From NCBI RefSeq assembly GCF_006345805.1, contig NC_043020.1, positions 28,210,001 to 28,274,000 on the forward strand: a stretch of DNA of 64,000 nucleotides. Direction: 5' to 3'. Origin of the DNA: Octopus sinensis (Eukaryota). Made by a program: the position numbers and the translations under genes. Positions 25,221 to 39,268 of this stretch are shown piece by piece. Position 1 is the first letter of the stretch. Every line of letters begins with the position of its first letter. Below the pieces are notes generated by a model. It made no database searches. It was given only the letters and a program-made list of their open reading frames with translations, and was not told where the DNA came from.

Positions 25221-28127
25221 ATATATGTATATATATATTATGTATAGATAGACACACACACACTTACACACATACATGCACACACTGTCCTATAGTAACG
25301 AAGAATGCTGCATTGTAATTTCATTTGAGTTTATTAACTGAAAATATCTTCAACGTAATGTTGTGTTCCAGGCTGATGACATATTTGAGGTTCCTGACAA
25401 CTTGAACTTCAAATTTTGCATGAACTCTGCTTCACTGAACATGAAATCGCGAATAGTCAATGAGGATCTGAAGGTGGAAGAAGTGCCACCCTGGCAGGGT
25501 ATGAAAAGAGAAGCGTGGGAATTAGTGTATGTCATTTCTTCATTTCATTTTGTTATTCTTGAGAATTTCAGAACAGAATGGTATTTACTGTACTGTCAAT
25601 GAGAATAATGTCCGTGGCATTCTTCACAAATTTCCAGGTGTGGATTTATAGGCACAGGCATGGCTATGTGGTTAAGAAGCTTGCTTCCAAACAATGTGGA
25701 CTTGAGTTCAGTTCTGATGTGTGGCACCTTGGGCAAGTGTCTTCTACTATAGCCCCAAGCCAACCAAAACCTTGTGAGTGGATTTGATCAAAGGAAACTG
25801 AAAGAAGCTTGTCGTGTGTATATATAAGTATGTCTGTCTGCCTGTATGTTTTTTTCTTTGAGTTTAATGTAAGTTCTTCAGAGAATTCAAGCTGGTCGCT
25901 AAGAAAGTGACAAGACTTTTTGAGTTAAGAGGGTCCCCAGTGTTTATAAATATGCGGTCAAGTTGGTGTGTTGTTTGAACCGTTGATACACACACCCAAA
26001 TGCGTGCTTCCATTCACCTAAGAATCTCAGATGGAGAATCTTTGGAATGTCTTACAGATCTTCACTGTGCCACTAACAGAATGGATTTGGAGAATCCACA
26101 TCAGTTTCTTTTGCTCTTTCTCCATGATACTGAGTATTTCTAGATAAATTTGTGGTACATAACCTAATGCACCTATGATGCTAGGTACAAATGGGAATTC
26201 ATAGTCAAGGTACAAAAGTTCCATTAATTTGCCATAGATGTTCTCTTTTTCTTGGACTTTTCATTGTACATTCACATCCACTGGGCAGCTGACCTCAACA
26301 ACAGAGCCTGACTTGGTTCCCTGTCCTACAGAACAATATCAGTTCTGTTATGTTTGCACCAAATTATGTTTTTATTGGAGTGTTCCACCAGTGTTCCTTG
26401 TTTTTAAAGGTGTGAATACCTGATGGTTCTGATATCCTTTTGATGCATACATCAGGGCAGTCCATGCCATGGATAGTATTGTAAATAGTCTTTGCAACTA
26501 CATCATGCCTCAGAGGCAGGCAGTATCTCGCAGACATTTTGGAGCAGCTGATGATGATGTTGTTGGTTCTTATGTATGTATGTATGTATGTATGTATGTA
26601 TGTATGATGTATGATGTATGTATGTATGTATGTATGTATGTATGTATGTATGTATGTACGTACGTACATATGCACACACACATGTACACATGCATGTATG
26701 TACCTAAGTATATATGTATGTATTCACACACATCGTTGACATGATAGCTATTGATTAAATATTGACTCATTCAGTCCACAGGTTCCTCGGAGACACCAGA
26801 AGACAACCATATATCCACGGGTAAGTTTAATTTCTTCTGTTCTAATAAATTCAAAATTACTTGAGGACCACAAAGACAAAGTTTGATCATCTAATATCTC
26901 CCAGTAACTTAGTGGTTTGGCAAAAGAGATCAATCGAATAAATACTATCCTTAGCAAAAAACCAAGTAGTGGGGTCAATTCATTCAACTTAAAATTCTTC
27001 GAGGCAGTGCCCCAGCATGGCCACAGTCTAACAACTGAAAAAAGTTAAGACATGAAAGATAAAGTATTACATTAGCCAGCCCCCTTTGTGGCTCCTTCTT
27101 ACCATCATCTCTATTGTTAATGATAATTATTATTATTTCTTAACCAAAGTTTTAAATCTTTCAGAATCCCATGATTGTGATGATGCAGACATGTCGGATG
27201 CGAAAAGGCAGAACGAATGGAAGACATGGTGGTTATCGTTTTTCAATGACAAAGACTGCCTCAAATATCTCAGCATGATGGTAAGGTTCTTCTTCTTCTT
27301 CTCTTCTTCTTCTTCTCCTCCTTCTCCTCCTTCTCCTCCTTCTCCTCCTCCACCTACCCCCCCTCCTCTGCCCCCCTTCTTCTTATTATTATTATTCCTC
27401 CCCCTCCCCCTCTTCCTCCTCCTCCTCCTCTTCTTCTACTTCTTCTTCTTCTTCTCCTCCTCCTCCTCCTTCTTTTTTTTCTTCTCCTCCTCCTTCTTCT
27501 TCTTTTTCTTCTTCTTCTTCTCCTCCTCCTTCTTCTTCTTCTTCTCCTCCTCCTCCTCCTTCTTCTTCTTCCTCTGCTTCTTCTTCTTCTTTCTTCTTCT
27601 TCTTCTTCTTCTTCTTTCTTCTTCTTCTTCTTCTTCTTTCTTCTTCTTCTTCTTCTTCTTCTTCTCTCCTCCTCTCCTCCTCCTCCTTCTTCTTCTTCTT
27701 TTTCTTCTTCTTCTTCTCCTCCTCCTTCTTCTTTCTTTTCTTCTTCTTCTTCTCCTCCTCCTTCTTCTTCTTCTCCTCCTCCTCCTTCTTCTTCCTCTTA
27801 TTCTTCTCTTCTTCTTCTTCTTCTTCTCTCCTCCTCTCCTCTCCTCCTCCTTCTTCTTTTTTTTCTTCTTCTTCTTCTTCTTCTTCTTCTCTTCTTCTTC
27901 TCTTCTTCTTTTCTTTTTCTCTTTCTTCTTCTTCTTCTTCTCCTCCTCCTCCTCCTCCTCTCATCCTTCTTCTTTCTTCTTCTCTTTTCTTCTTCTTCTT
28001 CTTCTTCTTCTTCTTTTCTTCTTCTTCTTTTCTTCTTCTTCTTCCTCTTCTTCTTCTTTTCTTTTTCTTCTTCTTCTTCTTCTTCTTCTTCTTTCTTCTT
28101 CTTCTTTCTTCTTTTCTTCTTCTTCTT

Positions 28128-28158
<31 letters not shown>

Positions 28159-29158
28159 TTATATTAGTTATTAGATATATATTATTATTATTATATATTA
28201 TTATATTCTGATTCTGATTCTGAAATGTTTGTATTGGAGCTTCTGGTGTGAATCGGGCTCTGTGTTGTGTTCTTGAGCAAGACACCTTTTCCCATGTTGC
28301 TCCAGTTCACTCAGCCCTAGAAATGGGTTGTGACATCACTGGTGTCAAGCTGTATTGGCCCCTTTGCCTTTCCCTCGGATAACATCGGTGGCATGAAGAG
28401 AGGAAGCTGGTATGCATGGGTGATTGCTAGTCTTCCATAAATAAACTTGCCCAGACTTGTACCTTGGAGGGGAACTTTCTAGGTGCAATCCCACGGTCAT
28501 TTTTGACTGAAAAGGGTTGCTACCCTTCACACTCATGATCATAATAAAGTGATGATAAAAGCAATCATTTTTATTTCTTGTGGTTTCATGTTTGTATTTA
28601 TTGTCATTGATTTTGGATCAATCATTTTTAGAACCCTGATGCATGTGTGTGTGTATAGGTGTGTACAGTTGGCATTTGGAAGGGCATCCAGCTGTAAAAA
28701 CCTTGCCAAAACTGACCTCACCTGTGTTTATACCACGTAAAAAGCTCCCAGTCCATTCTGTAGCGTTGTTGGTGTTTGAAAGGGCATCCAGCCATAAAAT
28801 TCCTGCCAAAACAGACTCAGTAACCTGGGGTAGTCTTCTGCCTGGCCTGCTCCTATCAACCGTCCGTCCTACCCATGCAAGCATTTAAGACGGACATTAA
28901 ATGATGATAACGATCCTGGTGACAATGTTTGCTTAATAGCTTGTTTTTGTGTGGTTTTTTGATCTGTTTCAGAAAACAGATTTCCTTCATGTTATCTTCC
29001 ATCTGTATGATGACGAAAACTTATTAGAAATCTTTAGATCAAAAGAAGAAGCGGAAAGATTGGCTGCGATTTTAAAGTTAGTATTTAGATGAGGTTTTTT
29101 TTGTTGTTGTTGCTGCTGCTATTGTTGTTGTTGTTGTTGTTGCTGCTGCTGCTGCTGC

Positions 29159-29204
<46 letters not shown>

Positions 29205-30647
29205 AAGGCAGCAAATTGGCAGAACTATTGGCATGCTGGGCCTCTGGCTCTGAGTACGAATGTCTTGTTTTCATAGGTTCTGAATTAAAATCTTCCACCA
29301 AACTTTAGTCACAATTTATGTTCCTAACACTAGCTGAATGATAATACTAAGTTATTTTACTAAATTCTTTGTTATATTTAAAATTAATTGAAAGAAACAC
29401 AGAGCATCACAACAGAAATATGGTAACAAAAGGGTTAAAACACATGGCTGGTATAGTTTCATGAAAAATATGCTTTGCAGAAGTTTAGCCCTTTTGATAC
29501 CAACCCAGCTGAAACCATCTCTGATCCTGTAGTACAAATGTCTTGTTTTCATAAGTTTTCAATTAAAATCTTTCACCAAACCTTAGTCACAATTTATGTT
29601 CCTAACACTAGCTTAATAATAACTAAGTTATTTTACTAAATTCTTTGTTATATTTAAAATTAATTGAAAGAAACCACAAAGCATCTCAACATAAATATGA
29701 TAACAAAAGGGTTAAAATATATAATAGAGAAACGATTTTTTACCCTTTTGTTACCAACCCAGCTGAAACCACCTCTGACCCTGTAGTACAAATGGCTTGT
29801 TTTCAAAAGTTTTGAATTAAAATTTTCCTCCAAACCTTAGTCACTATTTATGTTCCTAACTCTAGCTTAATGATGACTAAGTTATTTTACTAAATTCTTT
29901 GTTATATTTAAAGTAATTGAAAGAAACACAGAGCATCTCAACAGAAATATGGTAACAAAAGGGTTAAAATATATAATAGAGAAACAATTCTTAATCCTTT
30001 TGATACCAACATGGCTGAAACCAGTTCTGGCTCTGTAGTACAGATGTCTTGTTTTCAAAAGTTTTGAATTAAAATCTTCCACCAAACCTTAGTCACAATG
30101 TATGTTCCTAACACTAGCTTAATGATAACTAAGTTGTTTTACTAAATTCTTTGTTATATTTAAAATTAATTGAAAGAAACACAGAACATCTCAAAATAAA
30201 TAAAGTAACGAAAAGGTTAATAATGATAACATGATTTTAATAAATTCATTTCTAACTTAAATGAAACAAAAGCAATATATTTCAAGATGAATATGGTAGC
30301 AAAAGAGTTAAAGACAATTCACACGTAGAATTTATCCTGGAATTTTGGTATTTGAATGTTGCAGAACGGAGAAAGAAGTAGTTGCCGCTGAGACTGAAAG
30401 AAAAGTAGAGGAGCTGCATAAGAAGAAGTCCCAATATGAAGAAGGCTTTTGGAACGCTGAAACCATTTTTCTCGGAGGATTAGGAAGTGACCCAAGTAAG
30501 TTATCTCCATGGTGCTATTTGCTGGCAATTCTTTCTGTTAGGTTTTTTTAAGAGTAATTATATTTAGATGTTCATGCTAAAAGTGTTGCGATATGCATGT
30601 GTGTGTGTGTGTGTGTGTGTGAGTGTGTGTGTGAGTGAATGCATGTG

Positions 30648-30699
<52 letters not shown>

Positions 30700-33600
30700 C
30701 ATGTATATATGCATTCATATATATGTATATGTATATTTGTATTCTTGTGTATGTATGTGTATATACATACATACATGCATATATATGTTTACTAATTTAT
30801 ATTATTTATTTATACCATTATGTAAATGTATATTTTTTATATGTATAGGAGTGTGAGTATATGCACTCATATGTATATATATATATGTTGTATTGTGGGT
30901 ACGCACCCACACCCACGTGGGTATATGTGTAGACTGTATTATATTACATAATCTCCGAAGAGGCCTTGTGATATATTTTTGTTAATGTCTCATTTATATC
31001 TATATATTGACCAACCATAAAGGGCTAATATTGGTAAAATGAGACATAATTATCGACATGGCCGAAACAGCTGTAAGATTTAATGTATGCTTATATTTAT
31101 ATTTACTTGTATTTATATTCTTTTTTATATATATTCTAATTATTATACAACATTACTCTTTTATGTACACTTTTTTATGTACATTCCTTTATGTACACTG
31201 ATTTGTTCTGCTTTTTATATTTAACCCTACAGTCTCTTATGTGGTGGTTTAATAAAGTATGCGATTGAGTATTATCTGGTAATTGATATTTGATTTAGAT
31301 GTATTTCTCCATTTTCTTATCTTGTATTAGTAATTTGTGGTAAATCATTTTACCTTTGCCCATATAATACAGTAAATGAATTGATTACATCGCAATCATT
31401 AACATTTATGTATTAACTTTGTTGGGTACTTCACTAGCAGTATATTGGATATATGTTATCCCATAGAGTGTTGCATTTACAACCCCTATCTCAATTTGTA
31501 TATATATATATATATATTTGAGTAGTTGAATGAATTATCTTATTAAGGATAATTCGAATTAACCGATACCTGGGTAGCAAATTCACATCAGAAAAAACAC
31601 GGTTGAAGTTACATGCCTAGGGCATAGATTACGTGCTTTTGTGTGGAAATTTGTATGTTTTTGCACTGGCAGAAATACACCTTTCACTCATATGTATAAT
31701 GATTAATATAGATAACCCCTTGAATTTTAATTAATATAACTTCTTTTTTTATATATGTCACTCCCATAGTCATAAAAATATTTTTTTTATACTTTCAAAG
31801 AACTACTACCCAATCCAGTGAGGTTGTTGCCTTAGTCCCTCTACCTCGCCCCCCTCTTTCTCTCTCTTTCTCTCTCTATTTCCCTCTTTCTATAGTAAGC
31901 ACAATCAAACACACAGACACAACCTCTCACCTCACCACTGTCTGTTTTCTGACATCTACCCATCCACATACACAATCACGCATACACATACATACATATA
32001 CACACACACACATTAATGCAGTTATATACAGTCACACACACAGGCACTCATTCACAAAAGAAATTAACAAAATCCATCATTCATATGACCTGCACCCTTT
32101 CACCTTCCTATTCTTTTGCCTCTCTCCTCCAACTTCGTTTGAACCCTTGAACCTTTAGAACCTTCTAGATTCTTCTACTTTCAACCACTTTGACGCCACT
32201 CCTTATAAAGGAATATTTTAAAGAGACACTCAGTGTGAGCAATCATCTGAAAGATTTTTGTGCATTTTGATGTTGACATAAGTTCCTTGCTTTTCCTGAT
32301 GAGAAAGCGGCATAATGTACTCCTTATTCCTTCACAATTAGGAATATGCAACCTTCGAAACATATGTCGAAAATAAAGGAATTTTGTTAATTCGTCGTTC
32401 AGCTACATTCTTTCATATATTTATATATATATATATATATATATATCATCATCATCATCATCACCGTTTAGCGTCCGTTTTCCATGCTAGCATGGGTTGG
32501 ACGGTTCTACTGGGGTCTGTGAAGCCAGAAGGCTTCATCAGGCCCAGTCAAATCTGGCAGTGTTTCTACGGCTGGATGCCCTTCCTAACGCCAACCACTC
32601 CGTGAGTGTAGTGGGTGCTTTTTACGTGCCACCCGCACAGGTGCCAGACAGAGCTGGCGAACGGCCACGAACGGATGGTGCTTTTTATGTGCCACCGGCA
32701 CGAGGGCCAGGCGAGGCTTGCAACAGACACGAAACGGGGCGGTGCTGGCAACAGTCTATATATATATATATATTATATACACACACACTTGCTGGTGACG
32801 CATATAAAAGGCACCCACTACACTCTCAGAGTGGTTGGCCTTAGGAAGGGCCTCCAACTGTAGAAACGAAGCCAAATTCAGACTGGAACCTGTTGTAGCT
32901 CTCTAGTTTACCACTTTCATTTGAGCTATCTAACCCATACTAGCATGGAAAGCAGACGTTAAATGATGATGATCATCATATATATTTGAAGGTGGTGAGC
33001 TGGCAGAATTGTTAGCACACCAGGTCAAATGCTTAACGATATTTCGTCTGCTGCTATGTTCTAAGTTCAAATTCCACCAAGGTCGACTTAATCTTTCATC
33101 CTTTCGGGGTCAATTAAATAAGTACCAGTTATGCACTGGAGTCAATGTAATCGATTTAATTGCCTTCTTTCTTCACTTGGAAGGAATCATCATGGACCAA
33201 CTAATTGCTGTCACTGAAATACCAACATCAAACTGCAACACTGCATCACCTTCCTCAACCTATCACAGGCTAATGTCCAGTAGAAAACATTGACTCTTTT
33301 CATTGATCTTGCATTCAAACCCCAATGGCTGAAGACTAGCCACACGCCTGAAACTCAGAGTACCAAAGAGTCTGAATCAAACAGTTTTGATCTCTATATA
33401 AATCTACACACACATATATTTTGTACATATATATTGGGTTGTCCGGAAAGTTTGTGCCAATTTATAGTAGCTTACCTTTCGACTTATCTTAGAACATCGT
33501 TGAGTCCATAAAATAGGATTTGACTACACCTCCATTTAGAGCACAGTTTAAGCTGTCTTCTTGTGGAAGAAGGTTTATGTTCCTATAACCTGTGTTAATT

Positions 33601-33997
33601 CTATAACCCTTTAAAATGGAAGATAAGAAAGTTCATTTTTGGCACTTGATGCTTTTGGAACCAGACAAGAATTGCTGCAGCTCAGCTGGGATGTGTTACC
33701 CCACCCTCCATATTCACCGGATATTGCTCCTTCGGATTTCCACTTATTCAGCTCTCTGCAGAATAGTCTTAATGGTAAAAATTTCAATTCCTTGGATGAC
33801 GTAAAAAGATACCTTGATGAATTTTTGCCATGAAACTACCTCAATTCAGGGAAGAGGGTATTTTCAAGTTAAAGGAAAGATGGAGACGCATTGTGCAACA
33901 AAATGGTTCATATTTGGTTGATTAAAAATGTAATGGCAAGTATTTATTGACCTTTTTCTTTCCTTTAAAAATCAGCACGAACTTTCAGGACAACCTA

Positions 33998-34073
<76 letters not shown>

Positions 34074-34230
34074 TAATATAGGATAAAATGTTTCGAAAAA
34101 ATTTTATCAATTGCCAGCATATTAAAAAATACCTTTAAAGGTTAAATTTATAAACAACTTACAAATAAGGGCAAAAGAAAAAATTTTGGTATTAGAAATT
34201 TTTTCTTTGTCCTTATTTATAAGTTGTTTA

Positions 34231-34284
<54 letters not shown>

Positions 34285-34362
34285 ATATATATATAATATA
34301 TATATATATTATATATATATATTATATATATATTATATATATATATATATATAATATATATA

Positions 34363-34412
<50 letters not shown>

Positions 34413-37400
34413 GTGGCTGTGTGGTAAGTAGCTTGTTTACCAACCACATGGTTCCGGGTTCAGTCCCACTGCGTGGCACCTTGGGCGAGTGTCTTCTACT
34501 ATAGCCTCGGGCCGACCAAAGCCTTGTGAGTGGATTTGGTAGACGGAAACTGAAAAGAAGCCCGTCGTATATATGTATATATATATATGCATGTGTGTGT
34601 GTTTGTGTGTCTGTGTGTGTGTGTATCATCATCATTTAACATCCGTGTTCCATGCTAGCATGACTAGGACTACATATATGAGTGTGTGTGTGTGTGTATA
34701 TATATAACTTATCATTTGTACATATATGGCTGTGTGGTAAGAATCTTGCTTCCAACTACATGGTTCCAAGGCCAGTCCCACTCTGTGGCACCTTTGGCAA
34801 GGGTCTTCTACTATACCCCCAGGTCAACTAAAGCCTTGTGAGTAGATTTTGTTGACAGAAACTGATCCCAGTGCACAACTGGTACTTATTTTATTGACCC
34901 TGAAAGGATAAAAGGCAAAGATGACCTTGGTGGAATTTGAACTCAGAACCTAATGACAAATGAAATGCTGCTAACCATTTTGTCCATTTTGTCCAATTCT
35001 GCCAGTTCACCATTTTAAAACTGTCCATGATATTAAGAAGATAACTAATAGCAATTATGTTTTGCGACATATTTTCTCATAGGCTCCCTAGTTTCAAAGG
35101 ACAGTACTCAAATATTTGGTGATGAAAAAACACCAGACATTGAGATTTCAAGCCACCATGATGGAAAGGACGGTAAGTTTGAAATTTTTTTTTTATTATT
35201 AACAAAAATTTGGGTGATTTCTCTTTGTTATGCTGTTTAGTTCTTTTAGACGTGATGAGAAATGGACTACAGAGTAACTTGGTTAAGATTCACAAGTTTG
35301 TTCCTTCTCAAGCCATGCCTGGCTCATAAAGGCTGGTTTCCTGGTTTCTTAGCATATAGGTTCCCCACCTGGATAGGACGCTGGTCCGTCACAGGTGAGC
35401 TGTTAGATGCAGGAGGAAAGAGTGAGAGAAAATTGTGGCGGAAGAGTCAGCAGAAGTTTGCCGTTACCTTCTGCAAGAGCCGCATGGATGATTCACAAGT
35501 GAGTATGATGTGGTAGCTTTCATTAATTGCTTTAGTTGTGAACAGACCTAGGCACCCTCTTAGCTTGTCCACTCTTGACACAATGGACCATGAATGATGC
35601 AGCAATTGGAGAAAAGAGGGCTGCACCAGCACTATATATATATTAATGAGAGAGATAAGTATATTTATTCAACACAGTCATTGCGTTTGGCACTGTGTGA
35701 AAATTATTGCATAACTTAAATGCTTTTTCATTTGTTACACAACCTCTGATGATTTGATGATGTAACCCATTTATAAGGTATTTCTTTATATGGCAGAGAT
35801 TATTGTTAATGAAATGCATGTAAGAATGTATTGACTAAGGGAAAAATTTATCTCCAAGCTTGTTTTCTATTTTCACTTTGTGTTCAAAATATTAGAATGT
35901 AACTTCAGTAAGAAACTTAGAACAATAACTCATTTGGTTCCTTGTACATGGATCTTTTGAAGTATAACAGAGCTCAAGCATTTCCAAACATCACAAGCAA
36001 TATCCCACTTTGCAAAAATATCATATACAGTAATCCCTCACCACATTGTGGTTCACCTATTACACACTCAGTATATCGTGATCCACCAATCACGCACTTG
36101 GTACATTGCGGATTATTCTGGCTAATATGTGTAAATTTATATCGCAGCGTCACCTTACTGGCACTCAAGCCCCGTGCTAGTAGGGTGTTAAGAGCATGAT
36201 CCGAACGTGATCGTTGCCAGAGCAGCTATCTAGCCTCTGTACCGGTGGCACGTAAAAGACACCATTCAAGCGTGATTGTTACCAGCATCGCGTTACTGGC
36301 ACCTGTGCCGGTGCAATGTGTAAAAGATTCGAGCGAGGTCATTGCCAGTACCACCTGACTGGCACGTAAAAGCACCCACTACACTCTCGGAGTGGTTGGT
36401 GTTAGGAAGCGCATCCAGCTATAGAAACTCTACCAGATCAAGATTGAAGCCTGGTGCAGCCATCCGGTTCACCAGCCCTCAGTCAAATCGTCCAACCCAT
36501 GCCTGCATGGAAAGCGGATGTTAAACGATGATGATGAGACTCCTCAGTATATCCAGGTTTCTGTGGCCAGGAGGTATTTATATTTTTTTGGATTTTAATT
36601 ATTTCTGTGGGAAGTTTTGGAACATAACACCCGCGACAGTCGAGCGATTATTGTATACTCATTGATTTTTTTCTCTTGTAGATACTCATTGATGTTATTA
36701 AAAATATTACGAATACTCATTAGCTTAAATCAAAATATTGTGAATACCCATTCCTCCCTTATTTTGATATTGTTCACATTCAGTGTCTTGTTTTGTTTCT
36801 TTATCCAGGCTCGCCCAGAACGTGAGTATTCCTTTTCTCATTTTTTCCTAACGGAATGGGATCAGAGATGACTGGAAAAGTAGACGAGGTGGCAATGACT
36901 TTATCTTTTACTTGTTTCAGTTTTTAGATTGTGGCCATGCTGGGGCACTGCCTTGAAGAATTTTTAGTCAATCAGCCTTGTAGTTATTCTATCTGTCTCT
37001 TTTTCCAAACCACCAAGTTCTTCATGTCTCGTTCAATGTGAATATACTTTAGAAAGCTTTAAATACAGACACTTAGTGCTAAGGAAATCACAGAAGTATC
37101 TGAATAGCAGATGGAAGGTCTCCAGCAGAGGCAGTGGAGTTACTAAGCCAGCATTTCTGTGTCTTTGCACATCATCAATAACAAGTATCCACCACCAAAT
37201 GTTTGCAACACAAGTGATTTTCCTTAATCCCTGTTTTTCTGTATCTGCACGAGTGAAATCAGTCTAAGCATAGTGTAACCATGTTAAGGAACATATGGCT
37301 AGTCCATGTTACTCTGCAGGTAGCATAAGGCTAGTTTCCTGGTTTCTCTGGTGTATATGTTCTTCCTTGGACAGGATGCTGGTCTGTCACAGGATTCCTC

Positions 37401-39237
37401 ATTTTTGCCAGCTGAGTGGACAGGAGCATTGTGAAGGGAAGTGTTTTGCTCAAGAACACAATGCATTGCCCGGTCCAGGAATTGAAACCACAATCTTACA
37501 ATCATGAATCCAATGCCCTAACCCCTAAGCTATGTACCTCCACTAAATAATATATATACAGAATACTATTCACAATCAACATGTTTATTCCTGATTAATA
37601 TTCTTTTCTTTCCTCCTTCTAGTCCTGCTGTTTTAAGTAAAAGGTCAACTGCTGCAACTAGTGGTGTCTATGGACCTGAACGCTCTTCAGTAAGACTCTT
37701 TTTTTGTTGCTGTGTATGTTTTTTTTTTTTTTAGTGTTTTGTTGACTTCACAGAATCATTGGACCATTAAAAGAACCACTAACAAGCTTGTTCTTGGAGA
37801 GGAAAATTAATTTTTGTCTAACAAATCTAGGAAAATAAGAAATTGAATTGTTATTGTTGTACGATAGAATAATGCAGTCATGGACAAAGGACAGCCCCCA
37901 AAAAACTTTCTGAACAGCACACCTAACAAAATAACCTTAATAACCATAATATTTCTAACAAATTTTGGCTGAAGGCCAGCAATTTTGAGGGGCAGGGGAA
38001 GTCAATGACAGCAACTCCAGCGCTCAATAGGTACTTGTTTTATTGACTCTAAAATGATGACAGGCAAAGTTGATCTCGAGGGGCATTAGGACTTGGAAAG
38101 TAGAGTTGGAAGAAATGCTACTGAGAACTTTCTAATCAACAAGTCGTCATCATCATCATCATCATGGTGAATTCTACTTCAGGAGTCATAATAATAACCA
38201 AAAAAGAAAAAAATAACAAAAAAAGTAATGATGATAATATGTTTTCAAAAAGTTATAATAATCTCTTATTCTCCCTTTCTTCTTCTAATATCTGATCTAG
38301 GCTCCTGCCATAGATGAAGGCTTAGCACAGAGAATGAGTGACGTCTGGCAAGCTCTTGAAATGCCAGATGACCGCAGAAGTAAAATGGCTTTAAGATACA
38401 GCACCAATGAACAATATCGCAGTTTACCTAAGGTCAGTAAATTCTTGGAAATGCAAAAAAAAAAAAAAGAAGAAAGAAAGAACTAAGAATAATTATTTCA
38501 AATTTTGGCACAAAGCTAGTGAGTTTGAGAGAAGGTGGGAAGGGAACTACATTGACCCCTGTGTCCAACTGGTACTTATTTTATCTATCAGCCCCAAAAG
38601 GATGAAAGGCAAAAGTCGACCTTGATGTAATTAGAACTCAGAGCATAAAGAGTCTGAAGAAATACCACTTAGCATTTTGGGCAACACTAACAATTCCACC
38701 TTCTTGCTGCCTTAATAATAATTCTAACAGGTTTTGGCTCAAGGCCGACAATTTTGAGGGGAAGGGAAAGTTAATTACATCGACACCAGTGCTCAACTGG
38801 TACTTGCTTTATTGACCCCGAAAGGATGAAAGGCAAAGTTGGCCTCAGTGACGTCTAATAATAATAATAATAATGGGTTTTGATTTCGGCACATGGCCAG
38901 CAGTTTTAAAGGGAAGGGGCACACATACCTGCATGCAGTAAAACTTACATCTTTATTTCCTTTTTTTATTTTCTCTCCTCCGCTTCAAGATGCTCACTGA
39001 CTGGGAAAAGGTTGTCAATCAAATCATAGAGAGAGAGATCATCCTTTCACAACTGGAAGCTTTTGAGAGATATGCTTCAGACCCCAACAGGTTCTTTGTT
39101 AGAGGTAAGCAACCGTATTGTGGAACAAACCAGTTCTCTTTTCTTTGTTTGCTTCATATATACATACATGCATATATACATACCTACATACCTACATACA
39201 TACATACATACATACATACATACATACGTACGTATAT

Positions 39238-39268
<31 letters not shown>

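Noticed and set aside
27086-28285. 362-aa and 297-aa poly-F/L/S and poly-E/K/R ORFs
   Set aside because: Stop-free translation of the TTC tract. Only 27165..27280 is a real exon.
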